A DNA stretch of 64,000 bases from Antedon mediterranea (GCF_964355755.1 NC_092679.1:24039432-24103431); one strand, 5' to 3'; numbered from the stretch's first letter, positions 24,510 to 37,680 are shown. The notes: generated by a model not told the origin, from the sequence alone. Numbers and translations are program-made.

Positions 24510-27500
24510 ATGGATGTATCCGTTGACGAAAGGTTTTCCCATATTGGGAAAGATCCAAGATTCCGGATGATGCCAAAGCAAGACCGGAAGGTGAAAATAG
24601 ACAAACGTTTCCAAGCTATGTTCAAGAGCAATCAGTTCAAACTGAAATACTCGGTTGATAAGCGAGGTCGTCCCGTAAATCAATCATCGTCTGAAAATTT
24701 AAAACAATTTTATGAGCTTTCAGATTCCGAAGAAGAAACTGATAACCAATCAAATAAAGCATTTTCAGCGGTGAAAGAAAGACAGGAAAAAAGAAGATTA
24801 TCAACGCAGTCATTACCAGAGATGAAAGGAAAACAAAGTCATAAAAAGAAGTTAATAGAATTACTGAAAAAAAGAAAAGAATTTTTACGAAATAAATCAC
24901 TGATGCACAGTCAATCTAAAAATGCAACTAAAATGGGAAAATTTAAACAAAATAAAGAAGCAAATGAAAAAGAAATAAATATGGAGGAAGAAGAAGAAGA
25001 TTCGTCTGATGATAGTGGAGAAGAAATAGATCCATTAGGAATTGATGTTGCCAGAGGAATGGGCAACGTGGAATCAAGCTCTGAATCCGAGTCGGAAAGT
25101 GAAGATGAACTGGAGCACGAATGGGGAGAACTTGACGCTGATGCACCGCGGAACGAGGACACGTCAGCAAGGTTGGCAGTGTGCAATGTTGATTGGGATC
25201 GCATCAAGGCTACAGACTTGATGGCTGTCTTTAACTCATTCAAACCTACTGGAGGACTTGTCAAATCTGTTAAGGTATACTTCAAAAGTCTAGAAAAAAA
25301 CCACCCCCAAGACAGTTATCTCCGGGATACCTACCACCCAAACAACCACTCCTCTAAGACAAGTACCAAATTTATTTGAAAAAAGCCCCGCTTTGAACAA
25401 ATGCCCCTCGAATAAATACCCCAGGCCTTTATTTTTTTTACTCAAACTTTCTATTTGTCGTATAATTCATTGATTTGATATATCCAACATTTACTATAAT
25501 TATGGGACTTTCAAGTTTGATTGTTGTCTTCTATTTAGATACTGTTTGCAATCAGTGGGGAGCAATTGTAACATTTGATATGTAAGATCTTATGTAAAAG
25601 CTATTTAGATACTGTTTGCAATCAGTGGGGAGCAATTGTAACATTTGATATGTAAGATCTTATGTAAAAGCTATTTAGATACTGTTTGCAATAAGTGGGG
25701 AGCAATTGTAACATTTGATATGTAAGATCTTATGTAAAAGCTATTTAGATACTGTTTGCAATCAGTGGGGAGCAATTGTAACATTTGATATGTAAGATCT
25801 TATGTAAAAGCTATTTAGATACTGTTTGCAATCAGTGGGGAGCAATTGTAACATTTGATATGTAAGATCTTATGTAAAAGCTATTTAGATACTGTTTGCA
25901 ATCAGTGGGGAGCAATTGTAACATTTGATATGTAAGATCTTATGTAAAAGCTCACAGACTTAGTTATCAATTATTTGCTACCAATTATTATTTTTTTATA
26001 GATATTTCCATCTGAATTTGGTCGACAGAAGATGAAAGAGGAAGACCAACATGGACCAGCAGGACTGCTACACAAAGATGAACAAGAAATTGACTTTGAC
26101 AGTCTTGAAGGTCAGAAGATCCAGATGGAAAGACTACGAACATATCAATTGCAAAGGTGAGGTCATGTGATCTGGGCTTTGAGGTCATGTGATCTGAGCT
26201 GTGAGGTCTTGGGATTTGACATACAGTAGAACGCCTCCTTTGAGGGACCCTTAGATACTCCTATTAACGGGACACTTTCCTGTGAAACGAGGGGCAATAT
26301 GTTTTACACATACAATTGAACCATGCTGTACATCTGGCAAAAGTTGTATATTCCAATTCTTTTTTATTTATTTTTATTATTATTCAATTTTAGGCAAATT
26401 GCCAAGGATAACCACTAGTAAACTCAATCACTGTCCTTCTCTCAAAGGTGGCTCTCCTGTTCACACGACAAACATATACAAGATGCTCTACATAAAGACT
26501 TATTACAAGTTTTTGAGAGTGGGGTTGCAAATTGTCACGAGAAAAAATCCTGACATATGACAGGACTTGAACCCAGGACCCTTAGATTGGTAGCCAAGCA
26601 TCATAACCACTCCTTTGTGTTATGTGAACCACTACATTATATTTTGGTCTGTGAGTACACAGTACAGTAAAACAGTTTACATTATGGATATTTGTATATA
26701 TATCTTATTTACTATTATGAGGTAGTACTACTATCAGTCAAGTCAATTTACTTTCAAATAAAGTTTAATTTTGAGGCAATTACTGTAATTGCTATTGCTC
26801 AACATCTTGCTTGTTCCCTGGAGTGTCATTGCACAACATGGGCTGTGATTTCATTGTAATGATGCTGATTCACAGATAAAACAATTGAATGAAGTTGTCT
26901 AGGCTCCAGGCTAATGTTGGGTGATGATTTCATTTTAACATTAACAAGTACATTCTGAGTAACTGGCTGCTTTGGTAAAATAAAGTTTACACAAATGGTT
27001 TTGGATAATAGCTTTTCTATTAAAGACTGTGTACTGTTTCTGCAGCCAAAAATTAACTGATAATTAACCTATAAAAATTTAACCGAAAATTAACATAATT
27101 ATCTCATTCAAATCAGACTAATTATCAGAAAAATGTTACCTTTGACCTGAAAGAACAAATTGTTTGGGACAGCCTTAATAAAGGGACTCAGCCAGCCAAC
27201 CCTTATTTAATGGACTCCAAAAAGAGGACACTTTGTTCAAGCTGATGGTTATTAATCCTTAGATAGATAGTTTTAATACGTACAGTATCTACAGTACTAC
27301 TATAACAAAACAAAGTACCATTATTATAGGGATATCTTGGATATTGTCACACTTGTACAAGTTCTGTATTAAAAGCTCAGAAATTATTAATTATATCATA
27401 ACACTAACATGTTTTATACATGCATTGCTTTATAGATTGCGATACTATTATGCGGTAGTTGAGTGTGACTCTCCTCAGACAGCTTCGGCCATCTATGACC

Positions 27501-30500
27501 AATGTGATAATATGGAAATAGAAAGTAGTTCTTCCAAGTTAGATCTCAGGTAAGCGTAAAGAGGTAACTCAACATAAATATCAATACTCGCCAAAATAAG
27601 CGCTCCTTTTGGTGCAATGCATAGTTGCGCTTTTTGCTTTATAATATTTGAAAATAATAATATCCTGGATTTATAAAGCATCTCCAAGTGTGCTGTACAA
27701 ACACCTATAAAAACATACTCCCATAATGCAGCTAGTAATCCGCGCAGAGTTGTGACTTGACCTTACTAGGTACTCATTTGCATACCTGAGTAAAGAGAAG
27801 TAAACGCAATTGTTGCAAGAGTTGGATTCGAACCCACGATCAGCAGTCCAACACCCTGCGCCACATGTCCTTGATTTTTAAATCTATATTTCATTCTTTG
27901 AATTAAAGGTTGTAGAAATGAATTAAATTTTATTTTTTTTCAGGTTTATCCCAGATGATGTTACCTTTGATGTTGCTCCTACCAGTCAGGTAACAGACAC
28001 TGGTAATATGACAAACTACAAACCACAAGATTTCAAAACAACCGCACTGCACCAATCGAAGGTGGTGTTGACGTGGGACGAGACGGATAAAGAAAGGTCA
28101 CGGATAATGCAACAGGCGTTTGAAAGCAAGGAGTTCAACGATGATGATGTAAAAATGCTGATAGCATCTAGTGATGATGACAATGATGATGATGAAGGTA
28201 GGTTTTGAACTTAAAAACAATTGAAAAATAAATTTAGTCAATTAACAGACAGATTTATTAATGATTGTTTTATTTTAAAGTTTTTAATATATTAAAATTA
28301 AAATCAATGAGAAGCAATTAGAAGTATTTTATTTATGTAAATATATCTAGTTATAGTTAGTATTCCTAATTTAGGCATATTGCCAATAATAGCCATAAAT
28401 GTGTTCTTTAAGGTAGCAACCCTATTTACAATAAAACATATACACAAGATGCTTTACATTACAAATGTGAGAGTGGATTTTTTTAAAGAGATCCTGGAGG
28501 TATGAGCATAGGTCCCATGATCAGTAGCTGAGCATATTATCAAGCCTCATTTCAAAATCCATATTTATTTGATTTGAATCTCTCTTTGCAGGTGATGCAG
28601 TAAATAGTAGCGATGAAGGAGGTACTCGTGATGATATTGCCAAGTACAGAAGTCTGTTAAAAGAAGTGAATGAATCTGAACAGAAAGAGTCTGAAAACAA
28701 TGACATGGAAATGGAAATTACATGGGAAACAGGTACAAATATTATTACATTATTAAATCTCTGTCTACATTATCAAATTATTTGACAAAAGTATGATATG
28801 CCCAAATATGGTAGTGATAAGCTTAAATATGGTATTGATATGCCCAAATATGGTAGTGATATGACATCATGTCTATATTCAATTTTAAAGGGGAAGGGTC
28901 AAGGGAAAAGTCAGAACCCACTCCCAACAAATTGATTCTGCTGACCACATGCAAAAAAAAGTTATACTATAGGTGGAGGTGCCCTCTTAAAATGGCCTCT
29001 AGCTTATTGTATTGCTAGTTGAATAAAGAAATGAAAGGATAAAAGGATCACTCTAGATTTTAAACTTGTTATTTGATATATTAAACTGGAATAATGAGGT
29101 TGTCTATCGAAAAATATGAACAAAGAACACTTAATTTTGTTTTTCTTGTGAGTTTATTTATGAATCAACTTATGATCAGACTATCGTGAATTGTAGGTTA
29201 AATACATTTGCAATAAAATTAAATTTCGATAGTAAAAACATAATAATATTTTATATTTTACTTAAAGTAAGTATAAGTTTATTATATGCTTTGTGTTCTT
29301 GTTTTCTGCATGATATCTCATAATTTTTCACGGTATCGTCCTCAATTTTTTTTTTACAAATAGCTGTCTGTATGATTTTTTTTATTAGAATTGAGAAATT
29401 GGTCAAAATATTGGTCACGAAAGCGTCAAAACAGTTGACAGTCTAAACGAAAATTGAATTTGATCTGTTAACCATTGTTTGGTTTTCTTAGGCTTAAAAG
29501 AAGAGACTGAAGAACTGGTAAAGAAAAAATTATCTTCAAAAGAAGAAGAAATGACACCATGGGAAAAATATTTAAAGAAAAGAAGAGAAAAAAAGATGGA
29601 AAAAATAGAAATTAGAAAGAATTCAAAACAGACAAAAGTAAGATACATATATTATATTTGAAATAGCCTAGTCGAGTGCAAGAGTGGTTAAGGCAGGATG
29701 GACAAACCATGGCCATAATATTGAAACAGGTTTAAGTTTCTTTGACCATTCTTCTGGTGGTAGAAAAAGTCTTCTTAGATAAGGACTGAAAACTGGAAGT
29801 CTGGTGTACACGTCTGGATCAATGGCAGATCCAGGAATTTGAAATATGGGCCCCAGGGCCTAAAAGTAGTGAAATGAAGTTCTGAATTTAAGTGTTGAAC
29901 TTAATTTGCATTACATCTCCGTCTGTGGATCATGTGCACTTTAAAGAACCAGGTGAGTTTTTTGGAAAAGGATTGGGACATTCCGATTGACACGAAACAG
30001 ACCCTATAAAAGATGACATATGTTGTTGCCACGCCTGTGCTAAAATTCAGTCCAGTATTCAAGACATGATTCCTCCCTCCCCTCTCCCACTCCACGCCCA
30101 CACAGATTGAGGTATGCGAGAACATGCATCTTAAAGTATTCCAGCTATTAAACCTAAAGCTTATTTAAGACTTTTCAACTGAACTATTTTAACACAACAT
30201 CCACCCAGAAGCATCTGGATGTCTGAAATTTATTTGGTTTTTAACATCAACTATTAACTTTTTTTATATTTCTTATTTATTTTGTTTTTAACATCAACTA
30301 TTAACTTTTTTTATATCTCTTTTTTGTTTTGATTTTAACATCATCTATTAACCTTTTTTATATCTCTAAAAATCTCTACATTTCTTTGAATCTATAAAAT
30401 TAAATTATAAAACCATATTAAATTTGTAAATTTTCAAATATAAGATCAAATTATACTAGTGATTCTAAAATATTGTAGAATATTATAACATTATAACATA

Positions 30501-33500
30501 ATACTATGAATATTTATCATGGCAATGCCGTGCTTAGATATATTCACCAAGTATTAAAACGCTATGTAATAACATTATAACATAATACTATGAATATTTA
30601 TCATGGCAATGCCGTGCTTAGATATATTCACCAAGTATTAAAACGCTATGTATAACTTTTTATTGTAAAAACAAAACACTTACAGTATTACTGTTCATAT
30701 CCAAACCAGGAGCCTACAAATTTACATTTTGGCCATATTTTAAAATGTTGTTGTTTAAGGAGATTTTGGTAGTTTCCAGGGAAATTGATTTTGGGATATT
30801 TTCCAGGGAACTTTATTTTTGGAGAATTTCCAGTATTCAGGGGTTTGGCTTTGGGAGATTTTCTTGTATTCTCGGGGATCAAGATTTTTGGAAAGTTTTC
30901 AGTTTTCAAGGATCTCAATTTTGGGTTTCCAGGAAGTTTTGATTTTACATGGAAATAGTAAATGTAGCATTACTCTAAAGACTGTTTGTTGATGTAAAAA
31001 TCAGAACCTTTAACTTTTGTACTGTAAAATAATATAATAATATTAATAATAATAATATATGTAATGTTCTGTAAATACTTTACAATTCTGTAATATAATA
31101 TAATAATAAATTAATAATAATATAAATACAGTTCTGTATCTGTAAAATAATATAGTAATATTAATAATAATAATATAAATACAGTTCTGTAAATAAAGTA
31201 ATTCAAATAAAAATTGTGTTTGTTTTGTACTGTAATATATTTTGTAATTTTAATTACAATTTAAGTTAAATTTTCTTGACTTGATATTTTGCAATACTGA
31301 ATTTTATCAAGGTAGGGGCATGCATTTGATTGCTTGCTTGAAGTATGTATTGCGCTTTAGATCTTGAATAATTAAAGAATATTATCATTTTTAACTCTTA
31401 ATAAAACCTTTAATAAAATTTGATAATTGTGAACTTAATATTTGTATCAAAGATATTACCCTCGCAATCTGCCCAATAAAACATTCTGGAAGGTCATCTT
31501 ATTGTGAAGTATGGTCAGCAATGCATATTAAAGGCAATGTCATTATATTGTGACTGACCATTTACTTTGATAAACATATTTCATTTTTATTTCTTTGATT
31601 GTAAAAGAATATTGCAGTTTTTATAGTTATTTGTTTCATTCCAAAGTAATCATTTGCGCTTGCTGTTCTGTAGTCCAATTATTCTACAGTAACTATATTT
31701 TGATTGCTCTCTTTTGTTGTTTTATACAAATCTTAGCAAGCTTTTTGGAAAATCTAGACCTACAGTCTGTTTATTGCAATGGCTGCCTCATAAGCTTCTG
31801 TATTTAAACAGACTGAAATCATACCATATTTTTTAAAATTGTAGTAAAACTATTTAGTAAAATTTTTACATAACCATAAAAGTTGTTTGCTCTTTATTTA
31901 CAATCTCATTAAGATCTCATCTAATCCTTCTTTTCCTTAAGCTCTTTCTTCACTATCAAACTTTGTGACAAAAAAATATGCCCATATATGATGATGTCAT
32001 ATCACTACCATATTTGGGCACATTACAAGAACAATGAAACAATATACTGTAGAAATTGATGTGTTGACTGATTGTTTGATTTCAAGAAGAAAATGATTAT
32101 TTTAAAATGCTGTCCCATGGCACCATTCTGAGTAGAGAGTCATAGTACATCCAGACTGCATCAGTGCAAATGACATGTGTACTATTATCACCTTGTTTTA
32201 TGTCAAACTAAACCCATTTAAAACTAAACACATTTATAGAGTGTACTAATAGACACAACTGAATGACTTGGCGACTCATTCACACTGTGACACAGTATAT
32301 GTCGTTAAAACAGTGGCAGTTTATATTGCCTGTTCATTTACATTTAGATACGTTTTCTACTGTCGTATCTTCAGCCAATTTCAAATGCTAATTAACCTAT
32401 TCATAAAGTGTTGGGCAGTTATACTACATGTTAAAATTCTCTCCAAATTTAATGAATTTTTTTTAAAAGCAAGAAATTTTAGTTTGATATAATTGAGCTC
32501 ATGATTTCTGTGCTTAGTTCTTGGTGTTCTGTCAGTTGTATCAACACCTTTAGTATGTATTTTGAAGTTCATTTATTATTTGTGGCCTTAGGGTATTATC
32601 TGCAGTTTTATTTTATTTATTTGTGACTACTGTACTTCACAATAGGAACACTCCTCAACGTTGACCTAATTCCTAAAAACAAAGTGTATGATCAGATCTA
32701 TGGAGTAAAGCTCTATCTACACTATTAAACTTTATGTGAAAAAAAAAAGTGATGTGAACATATATGGACATGGTGATGGTGATTTTTTGTCAAACTAGTT
32801 TGACTTGACAAAGAATAACATTCTATTATTAAACTATGTATGTCAATTCAATTTTGTTTGTAGCCCGAGTCTGTAGCAACCTTTAGCGATGATGAACTTC
32901 CAGAGGGCGTTGATTTGACGGACTCGTTTTTCACTCAGAGTCTAAGTGGTGACAAGTCAGGTGAGTTGTATACTAGTTTTGTACCTATTTCTTACTTTTC
33001 GTTTTGTATGTTATTGGATCATCCAGTACAACCGCAGGGTAGGTAGATAATTTTATTTCTATTTTGTTGATGATTTGACCTTTTGTATGAGACGAGCACT
33101 ATTATTGCCATTTATTTGTGGACGAAATAAAGTTACCTTATCTTATCAAACACAACATAAACAATTACAAAGTGTCACATCACTCTCATACGTATACGAC
33201 AAGCATTCAGTGCCCGCTGGACAAAAGCTGTTACAAAACCTATTTGTACGAGAGATGATGGACCGGTAATGTCTACCACTGTATTGTCTATATCTCATTT
33301 TCATATTAATTGCATACAAACAATTATACTACCAAATTTGCTGTACTGGTAATGTTCCCGTCTGCTAAGGCATAGACCCGCCAATTGCCCTTTTCTAAGC
33401 TGATGGGCTACAATAGTTTCTATCCAAAAAAAATTGTTTTCAATTTTGTCTGTCTTAATTATATGGTAGCAAATTAAATTGCATTCTTAAAAATATGATT

Positions 33501-36400
33501 TTTGCAGGTACTGTCCTAAACTTATTTTTATGAAATGATAAAAAGGAATTTAAAAAAAATAATAAAATAAACCATTTGTATAAGAAACTATGTGTAAATT
33601 CTAGAACAAGGTTAGAATTATGTTTCCATATGGCATTTCATTCCATGTTTATTTTAATAAATGCCCCTCTCAAAATAAACACCAGCCGATTCTTTTTGTA
33701 GTTTTCATAATTTTTAAAATAATTTCGCTTATACGGTAATTAAAAAAGACAAAGTTAAAGTATGTATTGTCAAAACAAAGATTAATAAAATCAGACTTTG
33801 AATTGGCATTCTGTATTTTTAATAAAGTCATTCACTAAAAGAAATTATGATTTCACTTCACACAAACAATTTGACTATTTCTTGCTTTAAATTACAGTTT
33901 TTTCAAGTTCAGTTTTTTTTTTCAAACTACAGTAATTGCATATTTTATGTTCCTGCTTTATTTCCTAGAAAATATGTTGATTTAATGTTGCATTAGAGTA
34001 AGATCTGTGTTTAGTTTGGTTTCTTTTTTATATGTTTCATTGTCGGCGTGCAAATAGCTTAAGGCAGTATTGTATGATTGTGTTTATACATACCGAGATA
34101 CAACCGAGATACATTGAAACAAAGAAACTATTTCACTTAGATGATTGTGTTTTAGGTGAAGAACAATGGACTTAAAATTACAAAATATAAACTAGAAATG
34201 AAAGTCACCATTTACGAATTAGGTGATATGCACAAACGAAACGACGCACAAATACAAGTATGTTTGAGCACAGAAAGTTGACGATACCATCATAGTCTAT
34301 CACGTGAAGTACAGTAGATATGTTTATATAGTGCAGAATTGTGTCTATTTTGTATCGTGCAATAGTATAATGTATATAACTGTATACAGTGCACTTACAG
34401 TTGTATTTACGAAGCCTACATATATTCTATATTTTGAACATGATGATGTCATCAAAATACTGTAGTATGATTGGTATGTGACAAGATGTTAAACGTGCGT
34501 CATTTTTATTTATGAATTTCAATTGTTATGTATTATTTTAGCGATTATCAGATTTGCTGGTCTAACATCGATATGTGAGATTATTTAACTTAAAAAACAT
34601 AAAATGTGCATCATTTTTATATAAATGTTATTGTCATGCAAGGGATATTTTTATGATACCAGTCTAACATTAATGTTCCATCTTTAAATGTAGAGTAAGA
34701 ATGTAACACCAACAACATACAATGCATCATTATTATTTATAATGTGATGGTCATGCAAGAATTATTTTATGATACTAGTCATATTCATTTGGTCCCTCTT
34801 TGTCTTTCAATGTAGACTAAAGATTTTAGAATTTAACAATAAATACTGTAGACCCACTCTTCGGTATACCTATTCAGTCGACACTTTGCTTTAAAACAAA
34901 AAATGGGAACTATATGTTTGATACACCATGGCCAACCACTATTCTGGGGAGGAACCAACTGTTAAAGAGGTGCTTTGAACTATATGTTTGATACACCATG
35001 GCCAACCACTATTCTGGGGAAGAACCAACTGTTAAAGAGGTGCTTTGAACTATATGTTTGATACACCATGGCCAACCACTATTCTGGGGAGGAACCAACT
35101 GTTAAAGAGGTGCTTTGAACTATATGTTTGATACAGTACACCATGGCCAACCACTATTCTGAGGAGAAACCAACTGTTAAAGAGGTGCTTTGAACTACAT
35201 GTTTGATACAGTACACCATGGCCAACCACTATTCTGAGGAGAAACCAACTGTTAAAGAGGTGCTTTGAACTATATGTTTGATACAGTACACCATGGCCAA
35301 CCACTATTCTGGGGAGAAACCAACTGTTAAAGAGGTGCTTTGTTGGGTCCTGAAAGTGTCCCCTTAATAGTTTAGAGTTAAATACTAAACCGGGCAAGTC
35401 CAGTATTTATTAAATTGAGGAAACAGGTAGTTTTATTTTAGCTGTCAAAGGGGACCCACGCTCTACCCCTTGGATCGGCCCTGCTAAATTTATTTTCAAT
35501 TATTTCTTTTATCAGTCAATAAACAATGTACTTTTTTCTTGCAGGTAAAAAAGGTGTAAAAAAGAAAAAGAAGAAAGATCTGCTTTTGACACCTGAAGAG
35601 ATACAGGAAAATGAAAGGAAAAAGGTATGAAATGAAAAAAACAAAGTGATAAAGCAGTTTGCCCAGACCAGTGTATAGATTAGCATGTGCCTTATTTGGT
35701 ATTCTATGGTTAAAGTGCGCCCTCAATTTGTTATTGTTCGTGGTCTTAGCTTATACTGTTTGATAGCATTGGTCTAACAGGGGTGGCTTTGGCAAGAAGT
35801 ATATTTGATAAAGCTGACTTTAATCGTGGAGTGATGACCATCAATCAAAACTGTTTTATATCAATCCGCCCTAGTGCCCTTAAAGGAGTGAATGGGGCCA
35901 ATATAGTGTAATCAAAGCTTTATAAACTGTTTATTGTTTTATTTATCATTCTTTTATAAAAACAGGCTGAGTTAGAGCTTCTTATGATGGCAGAAGAGGA
36001 TGACGGCAAGAAACATTTCAGTATGGATGCAATTCTTGAAAATGAACAGAATTTAAAGAAAAAGAATAAAAGGAAGAATAAAAAGAAGAAAACTGAGCTT
36101 TTTGAGGATGACTTTAAAATTGATGTGGATGACAAACGATTCAATGCAATGTACACTTCGCATCATTTCGCACTTGATCCGTCGGATCCTAATTTTAAAC
36201 GGACAAAAGCAACAGAAGCCCTGATTGACGAGAAGCAGAAACGAAGGGAGGAGAAAGAAACAAATTTAAATCGTGAATTAATGGAAAACAACGAAGTTGA
36301 AGATAAATTGAAGAGTAGCAAAGATGAACTTAACATCTTAGTGAAATCAATTAAGAATAAAACTAATCAGTTTCATAAACGGAAAAACAAAAAGGAGTGA
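24510..36400 (+). CDS. ESF1: ESF1 nucleolar pre-rRNA processing protein, 9 coding exons
   Basis: Exons with GT-AG borders and consistent phase: 24510-25274, 26002-26156, 27436-27549, 27944-28197, 28592-28732, 29492-29637, 32864-32960, 35545-35624, 35966-36400. Motifs [76 protein letters not shown], and C-terminal NUC153-like [27 protein letters not shown] non-coding first exon probably ends at 21643 (GAG|gttagt); acceptor at 24487. Confidence 0.95.
25531..25952. repeat. Minisatellite, 70 bp x 6 (ESF1 intron)
   Basis: Unit CTATTTAGATACTGTTTGCAATCAGTGGGGAGC...TATGTAAAAG. Confidence 0.97.
26818..27048 (+). ncRNA. Candidate intronic structured small RNAs (three adjacent stem-loops)
   Basis: Stems GTGTCATTGCA/TGTAATGATGC (11 bp), GAATGAAGTTGTC/GATGATTTCATTT (13 bp), and TGGCTGC/GCAGCCA with TACACA/TGTGTA. 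Several G-U pairs. Paired by eye only. Confidence 0.35.
30485..30652. repeat. 84-bp tandem duplication of a hairpin-forming unit
   Basis: Two near-identical units; hairpins at 30500-30555 and 30584-30639. Confidence 0.9.
31307..34785 (+). ncRNA. Candidate cluster of pre-miRNA-like hairpins in ESF1 introns 7-8
   Basis: Hairpins at 31307-31367, 31507-31567, 31646-31707, 31763-31815, 32142-32186, 32494-32571, 33252-33296, 33357-33407, 34297-34365, 34624-34671 and 34741-34785. No known family recognised with certainty. Confidence 0.4.
34907..35342. repeat. Minisatellite, 3 x 70 bp plus 3 x 75 bp, inside a decayed MITE
   Basis: Unit GAACTATATGTTTGATAC(AGTAC)ACCATGGCC...GAGGTGCTTT, followed by the TIR-family motif GTGTCCCCTTAATAG. 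Confidence 0.95.
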
Positions 36401-36965
36401 GCCACAAAATAAAATAATTACTAGGTTACCGGAAGATAATATTTAATCCAAGTGATCTTACTGTAATAAGGCCCTCCTGTTCCAACATATGATATTCAGC
36501 CTAGGCCTAGCAAACCACCTCTGTACGACTGGAAAGGAACAAATGGTGACATGTGGTTAACAACGTTCTGAGCCAGGCCATTATAAACTTTATTTTATGT
36601 CTTCATCAAGTTCTATACTATTGTACAGTATATTAAGTGGTATGCACAAAACACTGACTTTGAAAGTAGAACCACCATTAAGATGACACAGAGATTCAGG
36701 ACCCAAGATATCATTGTCCCCTAAATAGTGATTTCTCCTAAATATTGTAGAGATTTGCAATAGTTTTATAACATTATTGCCCCTCATTTGTTTCACAGTA
36801 AACGTTTAATAAGTAATATTGGCTCATATTTTGTTAATAAACTATATTGTCTATATGTTTATCCATATAAGTAAACAGTAGATTATCAATAATGGGAATT
36901 CTTTGAGTAAAGTATATTGTATCAATTCTTTCATTGTACAGTATTTACAGTGTATTTAGTGGTCA

Positions 36966-37680
36966 TATTCATTATTACTCTTATTCATTATTACTCATAT
37001 TCATTATTACTCATATTCATTATTACTCATATTCATTATTACTCATATTCATTATTACTCTTATTCATTATTACTCTTATTCATTATTACTCATATTCAT
37101 TATTACTCTTATTCATTATTACTCTTATTCATTATTACTCTTATTCATTATTACTCTTATTCATTATTACTCTTATTCATTATTACTCTTATTCATTATT
37201 ACTCTTATTCATTATTACTCATATTCATTATTACTCATATTCATTATTACTCATATTCATTATTACTCTTATTCATTATTACTCATATTCATTATTACTC
37301 TTATTCATTATTACTCTTATTCATTATTACTCTTATTCATTATTACTCATATTCATTATTACTCATATTCATTATTACTCTTATTCATTATTACTCATAT
37401 TCATTATTACTCATATTCATTATTACTCTTATTCATTATTACTCTTATTCATTATTACTCTTATTCATTATTACTCTTATTCATTATTACTCATATTCAT
37501 TATTACTCTTATTCATTATTACTCTTATTCATTATTACTCATATTCATTATTACTCATATTCATTATTACTCATATTCATTATTACTTTTATTCATTATT
37601 ACTTTTATTCATTATTACTCATATTCATTATTACTCATATTCATTATTACTCATATTCATTATTACTCATATTCATTATT
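36966..37680. repeat. Minisatellite, 16 bp x ~45, between the convergent ESF1 and NDUFAF7 3' ends
   Basis: Unit TATTCATTATTACTC(A/T). Confidence 0.98.

Noticed and set aside
25275-25379. Stop at 25379 suggesting a truncated 296-aa ESF1
   Set aside because: Read-through into the intron; the donor AAG|gtatac at 25274 joins in frame to IFPSEFG at 26002.
26718-26739. TGAGGTAGTA, identical to the first 10 nt of let-7
   Set aside because: The match stops after 10 nt and there is no let-7-like precursor, so it is treated as chance.
26921-26960. C box GTGATGA and D box CTGA
   Set aside because: Only about 35 nt apart, the C box is buried in a stem, and no rRNA complement was recognised.
30740-30945. 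G/T-skewed TTTCCAGGGA-like degenerate repeat with short ORFs
   Set aside because: Low-complexity sequence, probably a decayed repeat, with no termini or coding signal.
35730-35920. Further hairpins in the last ESF1 intron
   Set aside because: Pairing is weaker and the region may be a decayed SINE fragment, so they were not counted in the hairpin array.
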